From assembly GCA_946500425.1 (NCBI GenBank), contig CAMMVQ010000003.1:524-64523 (forward strand): 64,000 nt of DNA, given 5' to 3'. This document shows positions 38,220 through 47,043 of the stretch, one piece after another. The translations under genes and the position numbers were made by a program. The stretch's first letter is position 1, and each line of letters begins with the position of its first letter. The DNA is from an uncultured Mollicutes bacterium (GTDB taxonomy: Bacteria; Bacillota_I; Bacilli_A; RF39; UBA660). The notes beneath the pieces are model-generated. The model was not told where the DNA came from, did no database searches, and worked only from the letters and a program-made list of their open reading frames with translations.

Positions 38220-39371
38220 GTGATAGAATTGAGAAAAGTATTTAACAAAATAGATAAACCACTTTTTATTTTAACCATTATTTTACTTGCCTTTGGTGTT
38301 ATGATGGTTGGTAGTGCCTCTTCTTTGAAGGCGTACGTTTCGATGGGAGATAGTTATTATTATTTTAAAAGGCAAATTTTGTTTATTATAATTGGACTTA
38401 TTGCGACTTTTATCATCATTAAAACTCCAATAAAAAGGTATCGTAATATAATATATGTTGTTGTGGTGGGAGTAATTGGTGCTTTAATCTACGTTTTGGT
38501 AAATCAGAAGGTGATGAATGGCGTAAGTGGATGGATGTTTATTGGTGGGTTTGGAATTCAGCCCAGTGAGTTTGCTAAGACGGCGTTAATACTTTTTTTG
38601 GCTTTGTCTTTTGAACGGTTAATGAAGATAAGGAACTTAGGAAACGTGGCGAAGATTTTACCTTTTGTTGTCCCGATTATATTTATCTTCTTGATATTTG
38701 AACAACCTGACTTTGGAACCATGATGATTCTGGTTGGAATAACCGCGATGATTTTCTTTATGGTGCCATATGATAAAAAAACTAGGTTTGTAATCGTAAC
38801 TTTTACCGCTATTTCCGTTCTTTTAGTAGCGCTGGTAATGGTGGTTACTGGTAAAGGATTAAGTGAGAGTCAGTTAAGTCGGTTTAACTTTCAGAATCCA
38901 TGTACCAGGTACCGGGAAAAAACGGGATATCAAGTTTGTAACGGATACATTGCAATAAACAGTGGCGGATTGCTTGGAAGTGGTTATGGTAACAGCAAAC
39001 AAAAATACCTTTATTTACCAGAAGCCCACACCGACTTTATTTTTGCCATCATAATAGAAGAAATGGGCCTTATCGTTGGTGCCATGATAATAGTAGCTTA
39101 TTTTATCCTTATATGGAGGATAATTATGATTGGTAAGCGTTCGTATAATTTGCAGGGAACAATAATTTGTTATGGTGTTGCAACGTACGTCGCCCTTCAT
39201 GTTATCGTAAATCTAGGGGGAGTATTAGGAGTAATACCGCTTACTGGTGTTCCGCTACCATTTTTCTCTTATGGCGGGTCGTTTATGATAAACTTACTTA
39301 TATGTTTAGCGTTAGTGCAGCGGGTGTGCGTTGAAAATAAGATATTTGAACAAAAACACTTAGTAAGATGA
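38220..39371 (+). CDS. SEDS-family protein (FtsW/RodA/SpoVE)
   Basis: Multi-TM protein with QPSEFAK, PEAHTDFIFA and PLPFFSYGGS motifs. GTG start. Confidence 0.9.
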   Translation: MIELRKVFNKIDKPLFILTIILLAFGVMMVGSASSLKAYVSMGDSYYYFKRQILFIIIGLIATFIIIKTPIKRYRNIIYVVVVGVIGALIYVLVNQKVMNGVSGWMFIGGFGIQPSEFAKTALILFLALSFERLMKIRNLGNVAKILPFVVPIIFIFLIFEQPDFGTMMILVGITAMIFFMVPYDKKTRFVIVTFTAISVLLVALVMVVTGKGLSESQLSRFNFQNPCTRYREKTGYQVCNGYIAINSGGLLGSGYGNSKQKYLYLPEAHTDFIFAIIIEEMGLIVGAMIIVAYFILIWRIIMIGKRSYNLQGTIICYGVATYVALHVIVNLGGVLGVIPLTGVPLPFFSYGGSFMINLLICLALVQRVCVENKIFEQKHLVR

Positions 39372-39397
39372 GCAGGGAAAAAATCCTTGCTTTTTTT
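39372..39397 (+). terminator. Intrinsic terminator
   Basis: Stem GCAGGGA/TCCTTGC (one G-U pair) followed by TTTTTTT. Confidence 0.75.
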
Positions 39398-39446
39398 CGA
39401 GTGTTTTTAGTTTTTAAAGATAATAATTAAATTGAAAGGAGGAAAA

Positions 39447-40154
39447 ATGATTTATTATCTTAAGAAACATTTACCTTATTTGTTTTTGGGTATATCTATT
39501 TTATTAGTTTTGGCAGGAGGATACGTTTATTATGAGCGAAATAATAGTGTTGCAACGCCAGTTGTTAAAAAGCTTTCGGTATCTAAAAAAGAAGAAAATA
39601 AGAAAAAGACGGTTAAGGTTGACGTTAAGGGTGCGGTTAATAATCCAGGGGTGTACGAGATGGATGATGACAAACGAATCATTGATGCGATAAACATGGC
39701 TGGTGGTTTAAATAACTTGGCAAACACCATAAACCTTAATTTAAGTAGGAAAGTAAAAGATGAGATGTACATCATGGTTTATACTACCGAAGAAATAGAA
39801 AATTACCGGAATAAAAAGACAAATGAAGAAGTTGTTTGTGCTGCTAGTGAATGCGTGTGTCCGGACGAAATAAATGACGCTTGCATAAGTAAAGAAGAAA
39901 ACACAACTAAGAAAGAAGAAAACACAACTAAGAAAGAAGAAAATGATAATAAAACAATAAGTGGTAAAGTTTCTATTAATACCGCAAGTAAAGAAGAACT
40001 TATGACGTTAAGTGGGATAGGTGAGGCTAAGGCTAAAGCAATAATTGAGTATCGTAATAAAGAAGGTAGCTTTAAGACCATTGAGGATATTAAAAACGTA
40101 TCCGGAATAGGGGATTCTATTTACGAGAAGATAAAAGATAATATTACCATATGA
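39447..40154 (+). CDS. comEA: Competence protein ComEA (DNA receptor)
   Basis: TM anchor, SLBB-like VDVKGAVNNPGVY, and C-terminal helix-hairpin-helix INTASKEELMTLSGIGEAKAKAIIEYR. AAGGAGG precedes ATG 39447. Confidence 0.85.
   Translation: MIYYLKKHLPYLFLGISILLVLAGGYVYYERNNSVATPVVKKLSVSKKEENKKKTVKVDVKGAVNNPGVYEMDDDKRIIDAINMAGGLNNLANTINLNLSRKVKDEMYIMVYTTEEIENYRNKKTNEEVVCAASECVCPDEINDACISKEENTTKKEENTTKKEENDNKTISGKVSINTASKEELMTLSGIGEAKAKAIIEYRNKEGSFKTIEDIKNVSGIGDSIYEKIKDNITI
39891..39943 (+). repeat. 21-bp perfect tandem repeat (2.5 copies) inside comEA, encoding KEENTTK units
   Basis: AAAGAAGAAAACACAACTAAG occurs at 39891-39911 and 39912-39932, with a partial third copy. Confidence 0.9.
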
Positions 40155-42157
40155 TGAAGAAATTATTTTTTATTTTGATAATCATTGTTTGTTTATTGCG
40201 AATTACATTAATAACGTTTGAAAAGAGTACGTACTATGAAGAAGAAAAAAGTATAACTGGATTTGTAACAAACATAAAAGAAGAAAAGGACAAAATAACC
40301 TTTGATTTAAAAGACAATAATAATAAATACCGGGTAACTTTAAAAGACAAATGTGAATTTTCTTTAGGAGATAAGGTTTTAGTAAATGGAAAAGTATACA
40401 CGCCATATAATAATACCATTTTTAATCTATTTAATTACCGAAAGTACTTACTTTCTAAAGGAATAGAATATGCTATTAAACCTTCTTATGTAAAAGTTAT
40501 AAAAGAAAACGAAAACTTTTTTTATAACGTTAAAAACCAAATAATAAGAAGAATAGATAATTACAAGAGTAAAGCTTACTTAAAAACTTTTGTTTTAGCG
40601 GATACTTCTTTATTAGATGAAAAAACAAAAGAGAATTACCAATTGATGGGAGTTAGTCATCTTTTGGCGGTTTCTGGGATGCATGTTTCAATAATATTAT
40701 TAGTTTTAAATTTTGTTTTAAAAAAGTTTAAACTTAAAAATATTATTATTTTCTTATTTCTTTTGTTTTTTCTTTTTTTGACTAATTATCCAGAATCTTT
40801 AATGAGAACCGTTTTATTTTTAACGTTAAAATATTTTAATAAGAAATTTAGTGTTAATTATAAGCATGAAAACGTGTTAGTTATTACCGGATGTTTTTTA
40901 CTTCTTTTAAATCCATATTTAATTTATAGCGTAGGATTTTTGTTTTCTTTTACAATATCATATTTCATTATTTTGGTATCAAAGAAAATCAAGGGTAATA
41001 ACTACTTAGTAAGACTTTTTATGATTTCTTTAATTTCTTTTTTGGCTTCTGTCCCAATTATGGCGCATGCGTTTTTTAAAGTTAACTTATTAAGTACCAT
41101 TTTTAATGTTATAATGGTTCCAATTTTTTCATTTTTAATTTTTCCACTTGGTATATTAACTTTTTTCATTCATTTTTTAGATGAGATATTTTTTTGTTTC
41201 ATAGAAATTTTAGAAAGTATTGTTAATTTTCTTTCTTCTTTTGATTTTTTTATCATCATATTATCTAAACCAAATTTTATTTTTATATTTCTTTATTATT
41301 TTTCGTTGTATACTTTTATAAAAGTGCGTAAAGAATACATATTAATTTTTATTATAACTTTCTTGTTAAACGTTAACTCAAGATTTTTTATAAACGAACC
41401 AGAAGTTGTTTTTTTAGACGTTGGTCAAGGAGATTCAATCATTTTTATTTATCCTCATGGTAAGACTATTATGATTGATACCGGTGGCTCTTATAATGAT
41501 GATTATTCTATTGGTAAAGAAAAGATAATTCCTTATTTAAATTCGCTTGGCATAAGTAAAATTGAATATTTAATTTTAACTCATGGTGATGCTGACCACA
41601 TGAAGGAAGCGGTTACTTTGGTAAATGATTTTAAAGTAGAAAACGTTGTGTTTAATAATGATGATTTTAATGATTTAGAGCTTAATTTAATTAGAGTATT
41701 AAATGAAAAAGAAATATCATATCATCAAGACGTAAAAGAGTTAAATGTTGGTAATGACAAATTATATTTTTTAAATGATATGATATATGATAATGAAAAT
41801 GATAACTCAAACGTTATTTATACCGAATTAAATGGTTTTAAATTTCTTTTTATGGGGGATGTTGGAACAAAAGTGGAAGAATATTTGCTAGAAAATTATA
41901 ATTTAGAAAATATAGATGTATTAAAAGTTGGGCACCATGGTAGCAAGACAAGTAGTAGCAAAGAGTTTATAGACGTGGTTAATCCTAGGTACTCGGTAAT
42001 TAGTGTTGGTAAAAATAACGTGTATGGTCATCCAAATGATAGTGTATTGGATAATTTAGAGGAATCAAAAATTTATAGAACTGATTTAGATGGAAGTGTC
42101 GAGATTAAATTAACTAAAAATGGATATAAGATAAGAACCTGTGGTCCATATGAATGA
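40151..42157 (+). CDS. comEC: DNA internalisation competence protein ComEC/Rec2
   Basis: N-terminal OB-like region, polytopic competence domain, and a C-terminal metallo-beta-lactamase (LILTHGDADH). The start overlaps the comEA stop (ATGATGA). Confidence 0.9.
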   Translation: MMKKLFFILIIIVCLLRITLITFEKSTYYEEEKSITGFVTNIKEEKDKITFDLKDNNNKYRVTLKDKCEFSLGDKVLVNGKVYTPYNNTIFNLFNYRKYLLSKGIEYAIKPSYVKVIKENENFFYNVKNQIIRRIDNYKSKAYLKTFVLADTSLLDEKTKENYQLMGVSHLLAVSGMHVSIILLVLNFVLKKFKLKNIIIFLFLLFFLFLTNYPESLMRTVLFLTLKYFNKKFSVNYKHENVLVITGCFLLLLNPYLIYSVGFLFSFTISYFIILVSKKIKGNNYLVRLFMISLISFLASVPIMAHAFFKVNLLSTIFNVIMVPIFSFLIFPLGILTFFIHFLDEIFFCFIEILESIVNFLSSFDFFIIILSKPNFIFIFLYYFSLYTFIKVRKEYILIFIITFLLNVNSRFFINEPEVVFLDVGQGDSIIFIYPHGKTIMIDTGGSYNDDYSIGKEKIIPYLNSLGISKIEYLILTHGDADHMKEAVTLVNDFKVENVVFNNDDFNDLELNLIRVLNEKEISYHQDVKELNVGNDKLYFLNDMIYDNENDNSNVIYTELNGFKFLFMGDVGTKVEEYLLENYNLENIDVLKVGHHGSKTSSSKEFIDVVNPRYSVISVGKNNVYGHPNDSVLDNLEESKIYRTDLDGSVEIKLTKNGYKIRTCGPYE

Positions 42158-42950
42158 TATAAAAGAATATACGGAGAAAATGTTTGAAGATATAAAACAT
42201 TTAGATGAAAATGGTAATGAATATTGGTATGCTAGAGAATTATAAAGTATTTTAGATTATTCTCAATGGAGAAGATTTAAAAATGTAATTTGTAAGGCAA
42301 AATTAGCATGCGATAATTCAAAAATTAATATTGATGAACAATTTGCCAATGTTGGCAAGTTGTCTAAAAGATCAAATAATGCGGTTGTAGAAATTACTTA
42401 TTACAGATTATCAAGATATGCTTGTTATTTAATTGCACAAAATGGCGATTCAAGAAAAAAAGTTATATCATTAGCACAAACTTATTTTGCAATTCAAACC
42501 AGAAAACAAGAATTAAGTGAAAAAGAATATGATGAACTTACTGAAGATGAAAAAAGGTTTTATCAAAGAAATTTAACAAGAAAAGGAAATTATTCTTTAA
42601 ATATTGCCGCTAAAAATGCGGGAGTAAAAAGCTTTGATAGATTCCATAATTCAGGATATAAAGGTTTGTATAATGGAGAAACGGCCAATGATATAGCTAG
42701 AAGAAAGAAATTAAGATATAGAGAAGATATTTTAGATAATATGGGAAGTGAAGATTAAGTACTAATTTATTTAGAATTACTCAAACCAAGCAAAGTTAAA
42801 GAAAGATAATATTAATATAGAAAGTGATGCTAATAGCGTACATTATGAAGTAGGAAAAAAATCAGAAACACAATTAAGAAATTAGGTGGAACTATGCCAG
42901 AAGATTTGCCAACCCTGGATAAAAGTTTAAAAGAGCTAGTAAAAAAATAA
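42150..42950 (+). pseudogene. dinD: DNA-damage-inducible protein D (dinD) pseudogene
   Basis: Reading from ATG 42150 gives MNDIKEYTEKMFEDIKHLDENGNEYWYAREL, then an in-frame TAA at 42243-42245, then ...RYACYLIAQNGDSRKKVISLAQTYFAIQTRKQEL (DinD-like). The frame is then lost at ~42755, ~42792 and in an A7 run at 42855-42861. These are three apparent 1-nt deletions. The reading frame ends at TAA 42948-42950. Confidence 0.8.
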
Positions 42951-43129
42951 AAATGAAGAAAAATTTAGAGTGTAAAAATAAAAGAGTATATTTTACTTTT
43001 TAGTACATACTAAAAGTGTAGTATTATACGAGATGGTTTCATTTCGTAAAAATATGGTTAACAAATACGTTTGTAAACCATATATTATTGTAGAACGCTG
43101 ATGCATGATAAGGCGTTTTTAGATAGATT

Positions 43130-43169
43130 AGAGAAACTAAAAAAGAGAAGTTTTTAGTTTCTCTTTTTT
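43130..43169. terminator. Strong hairpin terminator between the dinD remnant and the convergent lexA
   Basis: 14-bp stem AGAGAAACTAAAAA/TTTTTAGTTTCTCT followed by TTTTTT on the plus strand. Confidence 0.75.
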
Positions 43170-43779
43170 AAAACTTTCTATATAGACCAATGGCTTTACC
43201 TAAAATCTTACAGTTTGGTAATATGATTGGTTTCATGGTGTCATTTTCTGGTTGTAACCTTATGAAGTTAGCTTCCTTATAAAAGGTTTTTAAAGTAACT
43301 TCGTTATCCATTGTCATGGCAACAACGACCTCACCGTTTCTAGCTACGTTTTGCCTTTGAACGATTACTATGTCACCATCGAAAATTCCGGCGTTAATCA
43401 TACTTTCTCCGCTTACTTTTAGGGTGAAAATTTCTTCGTTTCTAGGAATTAAATAAGCTGGTAAGCTGAAAAATTCGTTTGGCATCTCAATTGCTTCAAT
43501 TGGGTTTCCGGCGGTTATTTTACCAAGTAAAGGAACCTGTACCACGTCTTCATTAGCATATTCATTGTTTCCGATTATCTCTAACGAACGATACTTTGCG
43601 TTCGTTTTTTTTATGTAGCCCTTACTTTCTAAAGCAGATATATGAGATTGGATGGTAGCAGGAGAGTTGAGTCCTAAAGCTTTTCCGATTTCTCTTACTG
43701 CTGGGGGATACCCATGATGTGCTACGTAGCTTTTAATGTAATCTAAAACGTCTTTTTGACGGTTTGTTAACTTTTCCAT
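43168..43779 (-). CDS. lexA: LexA repressor
   Basis: N-terminal winged HTH, Ala-Gly cleavage site (KITAGNP), catalytic Ser (VSGESM) and Lys (VTLKTF). Confidence 0.95.
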   Translation of the reverse strand: MEKLTNRQKDVLDYIKSYVAHHGYPPAVREIGKALGLNSPATIQSHISALESKGYIKKTNAKYRSLEIIGNNEYANEDVVQVPLLGKITAGNPIEAIEMPNEFFSLPAYLIPRNEEIFTLKVSGESMINAGIFDGDIVIVQRQNVARNGEVVVAMTMDNEVTLKTFYKEANFIRLQPENDTMKPIILPNCKILGKAIGLYRKF

Positions 43780-43830
43780 ATAGCCTCCCTCTAATTATAT
43801 TTTTATCTTAACACACTTACTTTACAAAGT

Positions 43831-43844
43831 CAAACATTTGTTCA
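43831..43844. promoter_or_regulatory. LexA (Cheo-type) box 1, CAAACATTTGTTCA
   Basis: One core mismatch to GAAC-N4-GTTC. It lies about 50 nt upstream of the lexA start. Confidence 0.6.
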
Positions 43845-43853
43845 GTTTTTGTG

Positions 43854-43882
43854 TTGACACGTACAAATGTTCGTGTTATGAT
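43854..43882 (+). promoter_or_regulatory. Sigma-A promoter with LexA box 2 filling the spacer
   Basis: TTGACA (43854-43859), 17-nt spacer, TATGAT (43877-43882). The spacer begins with CGTACAAATGTTCG (43860-43873), a Cheo-box-like sequence with one core mismatch. Confidence 0.7.
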
Positions 43883-43915
43883 TTAAGTGTCAATAAGAAA
43901 GGGAGAGTGATTAGA

Positions 43916-44059
43916 ATGAAATTATTAAAAGATTATAAAGGAGTAGCAATCGTTTACCTTGTTCTTACGATTTTTAACGTTTTGTGGGTTATTAATTATG
44001 ATAAGCCTTCGGAAAATTTAGAAGCTAAAGTAAATACTGAAGTTGTAATAGCTAAATAA
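43916..44059 (+). CDS. Small single-TM protein (47 aa) under the LexA-boxed promoter; candidate SOS cell-division inhibitor (YneA/SosA position)
   Basis: Sequence MKLLKDYKGVAIVYLVLTIFNVLWVINYDKPSENLEAKVNTEVVIAK. RBS GGGAGAG. Divergent from lexA, as yneA is in B. subtilis. The ORF-track start 43838 (TTG) lies upstream of the promoter. Confidence 0.55.
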   Translation: MKLLKDYKGVAIVYLVLTIFNVLWVINYDKPSENLEAKVNTEVVIAK

Positions 44060-44132
44060 ATTGTGTTACTTGGTTGATTAATCTTTCTTTTTATCTTATA
44101 ATTACGTTGTAAGATAAAAAGTGGGTGAAAAA

Positions 44133-46085
44133 ATGAATGATGAGAGGATAATTAGTGCGATAAAGGCTTTATCTATCGCAGAAATATCAAAAGCTAAAAG
44201 CGGGCATCCAGGAATTGCCCTTGGAGCAGCAACAATACTTTATACCCTTTATACAAGGCACATGAAAATAGACGTAACCGATGAAAAATGGATTAACCGT
44301 GACCGGTTTGTTATGTCGGCCGGTCATGGTTCTTCGTTGTTATATGCGGTTTTATACATGTCGGGTTTTAACTTGTCAATTAAGGATTTAAAGAAATTTA
44401 GACAAATTGACTCGGTTACGCCAGGACACCCTGAAGTTGGAACAACACTGGGCGTCGATTGCTCTTCTGGCCCTTTAGGACAAGGTGTTGCAACGGCGGT
44501 TGGTATGGCTAGCGCACAAAAATACTTGTCAGAAAAGTTTAACGGTCTTTTAGATTATAACGTTTACGTTTTGTGTGGTGAAGGGGACCTTATGGAGGGT
44601 GTTTCGTATGAGGCATGCTCTTTAGCAGGAAACTTGAAACTTAATAATTTAATTGTTTTGTATGATTGTAACAAAGTTACTTTAGATGGAACGTTGGACA
44701 AAAGTTTTAGTGAAGACGTACTTAAAAGATTTGATGCCATGGGTTGGTACACGGATGTTGTTTTGGACGGAAACAACGTGGCTTTGATTGATATGGCGTT
44801 AGATAAAGCTAAAAGAATTAAGGATAGACCGGTTTTTATTGAGGTTAATACCACGATTGGGAAAGATTCACTTTTAGAAGGAACTAACAAAGTACATGGT
44901 TCTCCTTTAACAAAGGAAGACATAAGACAACTTAAAGATAAACTTAAGATAGATATAGACTTATTTTCTAACCTTGGAGCCCTAAGAAGAGAAATGGCTA
45001 ATTTTATCCGGGTAAGAAACAGTCATGAAAGAAAGACTTGGGACGTAAAGTATAACGCTTACTTAAATTCGTGTGATGACGTAACTAAACGCTTTTTGTT
45101 ATCTTTAAGCCAAGATAAAAGGTATGACGTTACCCGCTTGTTTAAGGATACGATTTTTGAAGATGACGAATTAAGACGAATTAATGGTTTTGTGATGAAC
45201 GAAATCGCCGATAACTACGCAAGTTTTCTAGGAGGAAGCGCGGACTTATTTTCTAGTACAAAAACTTATTTAAACAATTTTGGTGATTTTAAAAGTGGTA
45301 ATTACGGTGGGAAAAACATTTGGTTTGGTGTAAGGGAACATGCCATGGGAGCTTTTTGTAATGGACTTGCTTTATGTGGTTTAAGACCTTTTGCCGCCAC
45401 TTTCTTAGCTTTTAGTGATTACATGAAACCAGCGATAAGGATGGCTAGTTTGATGAATTTACCCGTGTGTTACGTGTTTACTCATGACTCGGTAGAAGTT
45501 GGTGAAGATGGTCCGACGCATGAGCCGGTAGAAGAACTTGCAATGTTAAGAAGCATCCCTAACCATTACGTTTATAGACCTTGTGATGCGAACGAAGTTA
45601 TTGGTTCTTGGCAATGTATTTTAAACAATGATAAGCCAAGTTCATTAGTTATTTCAAGAAGTAAATGTGAAAACATAAATACGACTAATCCATTAAGTGT
45701 TAAAAAAGGCGCCTACATCGTAAGGAAAGAAAAAAAGAAAATGAATGGTATAATAATTGCAACTGGAAAAGAGGTAAAACTTGCCATTGATGTAGCCGAA
45801 AAATTATCAAATAAAGGATTTGAACTTAGAGTGGTTTCAATGCCTTGTATGCGTCTTTTTGAAGAACAATCAAAGAATTACCATGAAGAAGTATTACCAA
45901 TAGGATATAAAACCTTTGTGATAGAAAGATTATCTAAGTTTGGATGGAATAAGTACGTTTATAATGATAAATACATAATGGGACTTGATGAGTTTGGTTA
46001 TTCAGGAAAAAGTAAAGACGTTTTAGAAAAGCTAAAAATTGATGACGAAAGTATTTATAAAAGGATAGAAAAACTCTTGAAATAA
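44133..46085 (+). CDS. tkt: Transketolase
   Basis: SGHPG, the TPP-binding GEGDLMEGVS, and a C-terminal transketolase domain. ATG 44133 follows GGGTGA. Confidence 0.95.
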   Translation: MNDERIISAIKALSIAEISKAKSGHPGIALGAATILYTLYTRHMKIDVTDEKWINRDRFVMSAGHGSSLLYAVLYMSGFNLSIKDLKKFRQIDSVTPGHPEVGTTLGVDCSSGPLGQGVATAVGMASAQKYLSEKFNGLLDYNVYVLCGEGDLMEGVSYEACSLAGNLKLNNLIVLYDCNKVTLDGTLDKSFSEDVLKRFDAMGWYTDVVLDGNNVALIDMALDKAKRIKDRPVFIEVNTTIGKDSLLEGTNKVHGSPLTKEDIRQLKDKLKIDIDLFSNLGALRREMANFIRVRNSHERKTWDVKYNAYLNSCDDVTKRFLLSLSQDKRYDVTRLFKDTIFEDDELRRINGFVMNEIADNYASFLGGSADLFSSTKTYLNNFGDFKSGNYGGKNIWFGVREHAMGAFCNGLALCGLRPFAATFLAFSDYMKPAIRMASLMNLPVCYVFTHDSVEVGEDGPTHEPVEELAMLRSIPNHYVYRPCDANEVIGSWQCILNNDKPSSLVISRSKCENINTTNPLSVKKGAYIVRKEKKKMNGIIIATGKEVKLAIDVAEKLSNKGFELRVVSMPCMRLFEEQSKNYHEEVLPIGYKTFVIERLSKFGWNKYVYNDKYIMGLDEFGYSGKSKDVLEKLKIDDESIYKRIEKLLK

Positions 46086-46238
46086 CAAAAGAAAACTTTG
46101 TTTGTCACAGAGTTTTTCTTTTTTATTATTTTTTTAAATATATCGTATAATAATATAAATAAGTTTTGGTTAAAAAAAGAAAGATTATATTCATTAAAAA
46201 TAAATTTAAATGATAATAATTAGAAAATAATATTTTAA

Positions 46239-46245
46239 TTCGACA
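46239..46245 (-). promoter_or_regulatory. Spo0A-box-like heptamer (TGTCGAA on the minus strand) upstream of the sirA-like gene
   Basis: TTCGACA at 46239-46245, 17 nt upstream of TATAAT (46262-46267). An 8-bp inverted repeat TATAGAAT/ATTCTATA (46253-46275) brackets the -10. Confidence 0.4.
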
Positions 46246-46293
46246 TCTTTTTTATAGAATTTATAATATTCTATAAAAGAGGTGTTGCTAATT

Positions 46294-46722
46294 ATGAGAG
46301 TATATTATTTATTTAAAATCAATGATTCATTTTCAAAGCTTTATTATAATAAAACATATTATTTATACAAAATGTTAGAACAAATATCACAATCTAGTAA
46401 GAATGATTTTATAATATCTTATCGTTTGTTTGAGCAAATGGCTGTTGCATATAATAAAAATGAAGTAAATGGTAACATATATAAAGCTTTTGAGCATGAT
46501 GCAAATTACGTTAAAACTTTAAATAAGCACATATTAGATGATGGTGTTGAAAAAACAAAGTTAACGGTATATAACACCTATATAAAAATAAAAACCAACC
46601 AGAATATAACTTCGTTTTTCAAAGTTTTGGCTAATGAAGAAAACGTTTTTGTTTGTGATTTTAATAATAAAGATTATTTTTGGCTTAGTAAAGTATCACC
46701 AAAAAGCTTGTGTAAAATGTAA
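46294..46722 (+). CDS. sirA: SirA (YneE)-like sporulation inhibitor of replication
   Basis: The N-terminus MRVYYLFKINDSFSKLYY parallels B. subtilis MERHYYTYLIKEEFANHYF. The C-terminus FFKVLANEENVFVCDFNNKDYFWL parallels FFEVLRKVSPCFLAMDFNSKRYGWL (from memory). It sits between tkt and yneF, as in Bacillus. Confidence 0.6.
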   Translation: MRVYYLFKINDSFSKLYYNKTYYLYKMLEQISQSSKNDFIISYRLFEQMAVAYNKNEVNGNIYKAFEHDANYVKTLNKHILDDGVEKTKLTVYNTYIKIKTNQNITSFFKVLANEENVFVCDFNNKDYFWLSKVSPKSLCKM

Positions 46723-46760
46723 TTTCATAGTAAAATTAAATACATGAAAGGATGATGTTT

Positions 46761-46970
46761 ATGTGGCAAAACATTTTATGGTGTGTAATAGGACTTGTTG
46801 CAGGACTTATAATAGGTTTTTTTGCAGCGCGAGCATTTATGAAAAAATACTTAAAGAAAAATCCACCAATTAATGAAAAGATGATAAAAATAATGATGCA
46901 ACAAATGGGAAGAACACCAAGTCAAAAACAAGTTAATCAGATGATGAAAGCAATGAACAAAGTACAATAG
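46761..46970 (+). CDS. yneF: UPF0154 family membrane protein YneF
   Basis: TM helix followed by [35 protein letters not shown], which is typical of YneF. Confidence 0.85.
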   Translation: MWQNILWCVIGLVAGLIIGFFAARAFMKKYLKKNPPINEKMIKIMMQQMGRTPSQKQVNQMMKAMNKVQ

Positions 46971-47043
46971 TTCATTGTTTTTTTTGCATTCAAAATTGAC
47001 ATATTTTAGTATAATGTTATTATATAATCATAAGGAGAGTAAC

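Noticed and set aside
42360-42758. Track ORF of 132 aa treated as an intact gene
   Set aside because: It starts at a TTG in the middle of a DinD-like reading frame. Homologous sequence continues upstream past an in-frame TAA and downstream in shifted frames. It is annotated as part of a dinD pseudogene instead.
44088-44120. AT-rich 11-bp-stem hairpin (TTTTTATCTTA/TAAGATAAAAA) between the SOS peptide gene and tkt, considered as a terminator
   Set aside because: No T-run follows the stem on either strand. It may attenuate read-through into tkt, but it does not meet intrinsic-terminator criteria, so it is mentioned only as context.
46975-47043. N-terminal extensions offered by the ORF track
   Set aside because: The extensions are TTG 46975, GTG 44121, TTG 43838, GTG 24943, ATG 18326 and ATG 26502. 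In each case a downstream ATG has a properly spaced Shine-Dalgarno sequence and matches the conserved protein N-terminus. The extension would read through promoter or terminator sequence.
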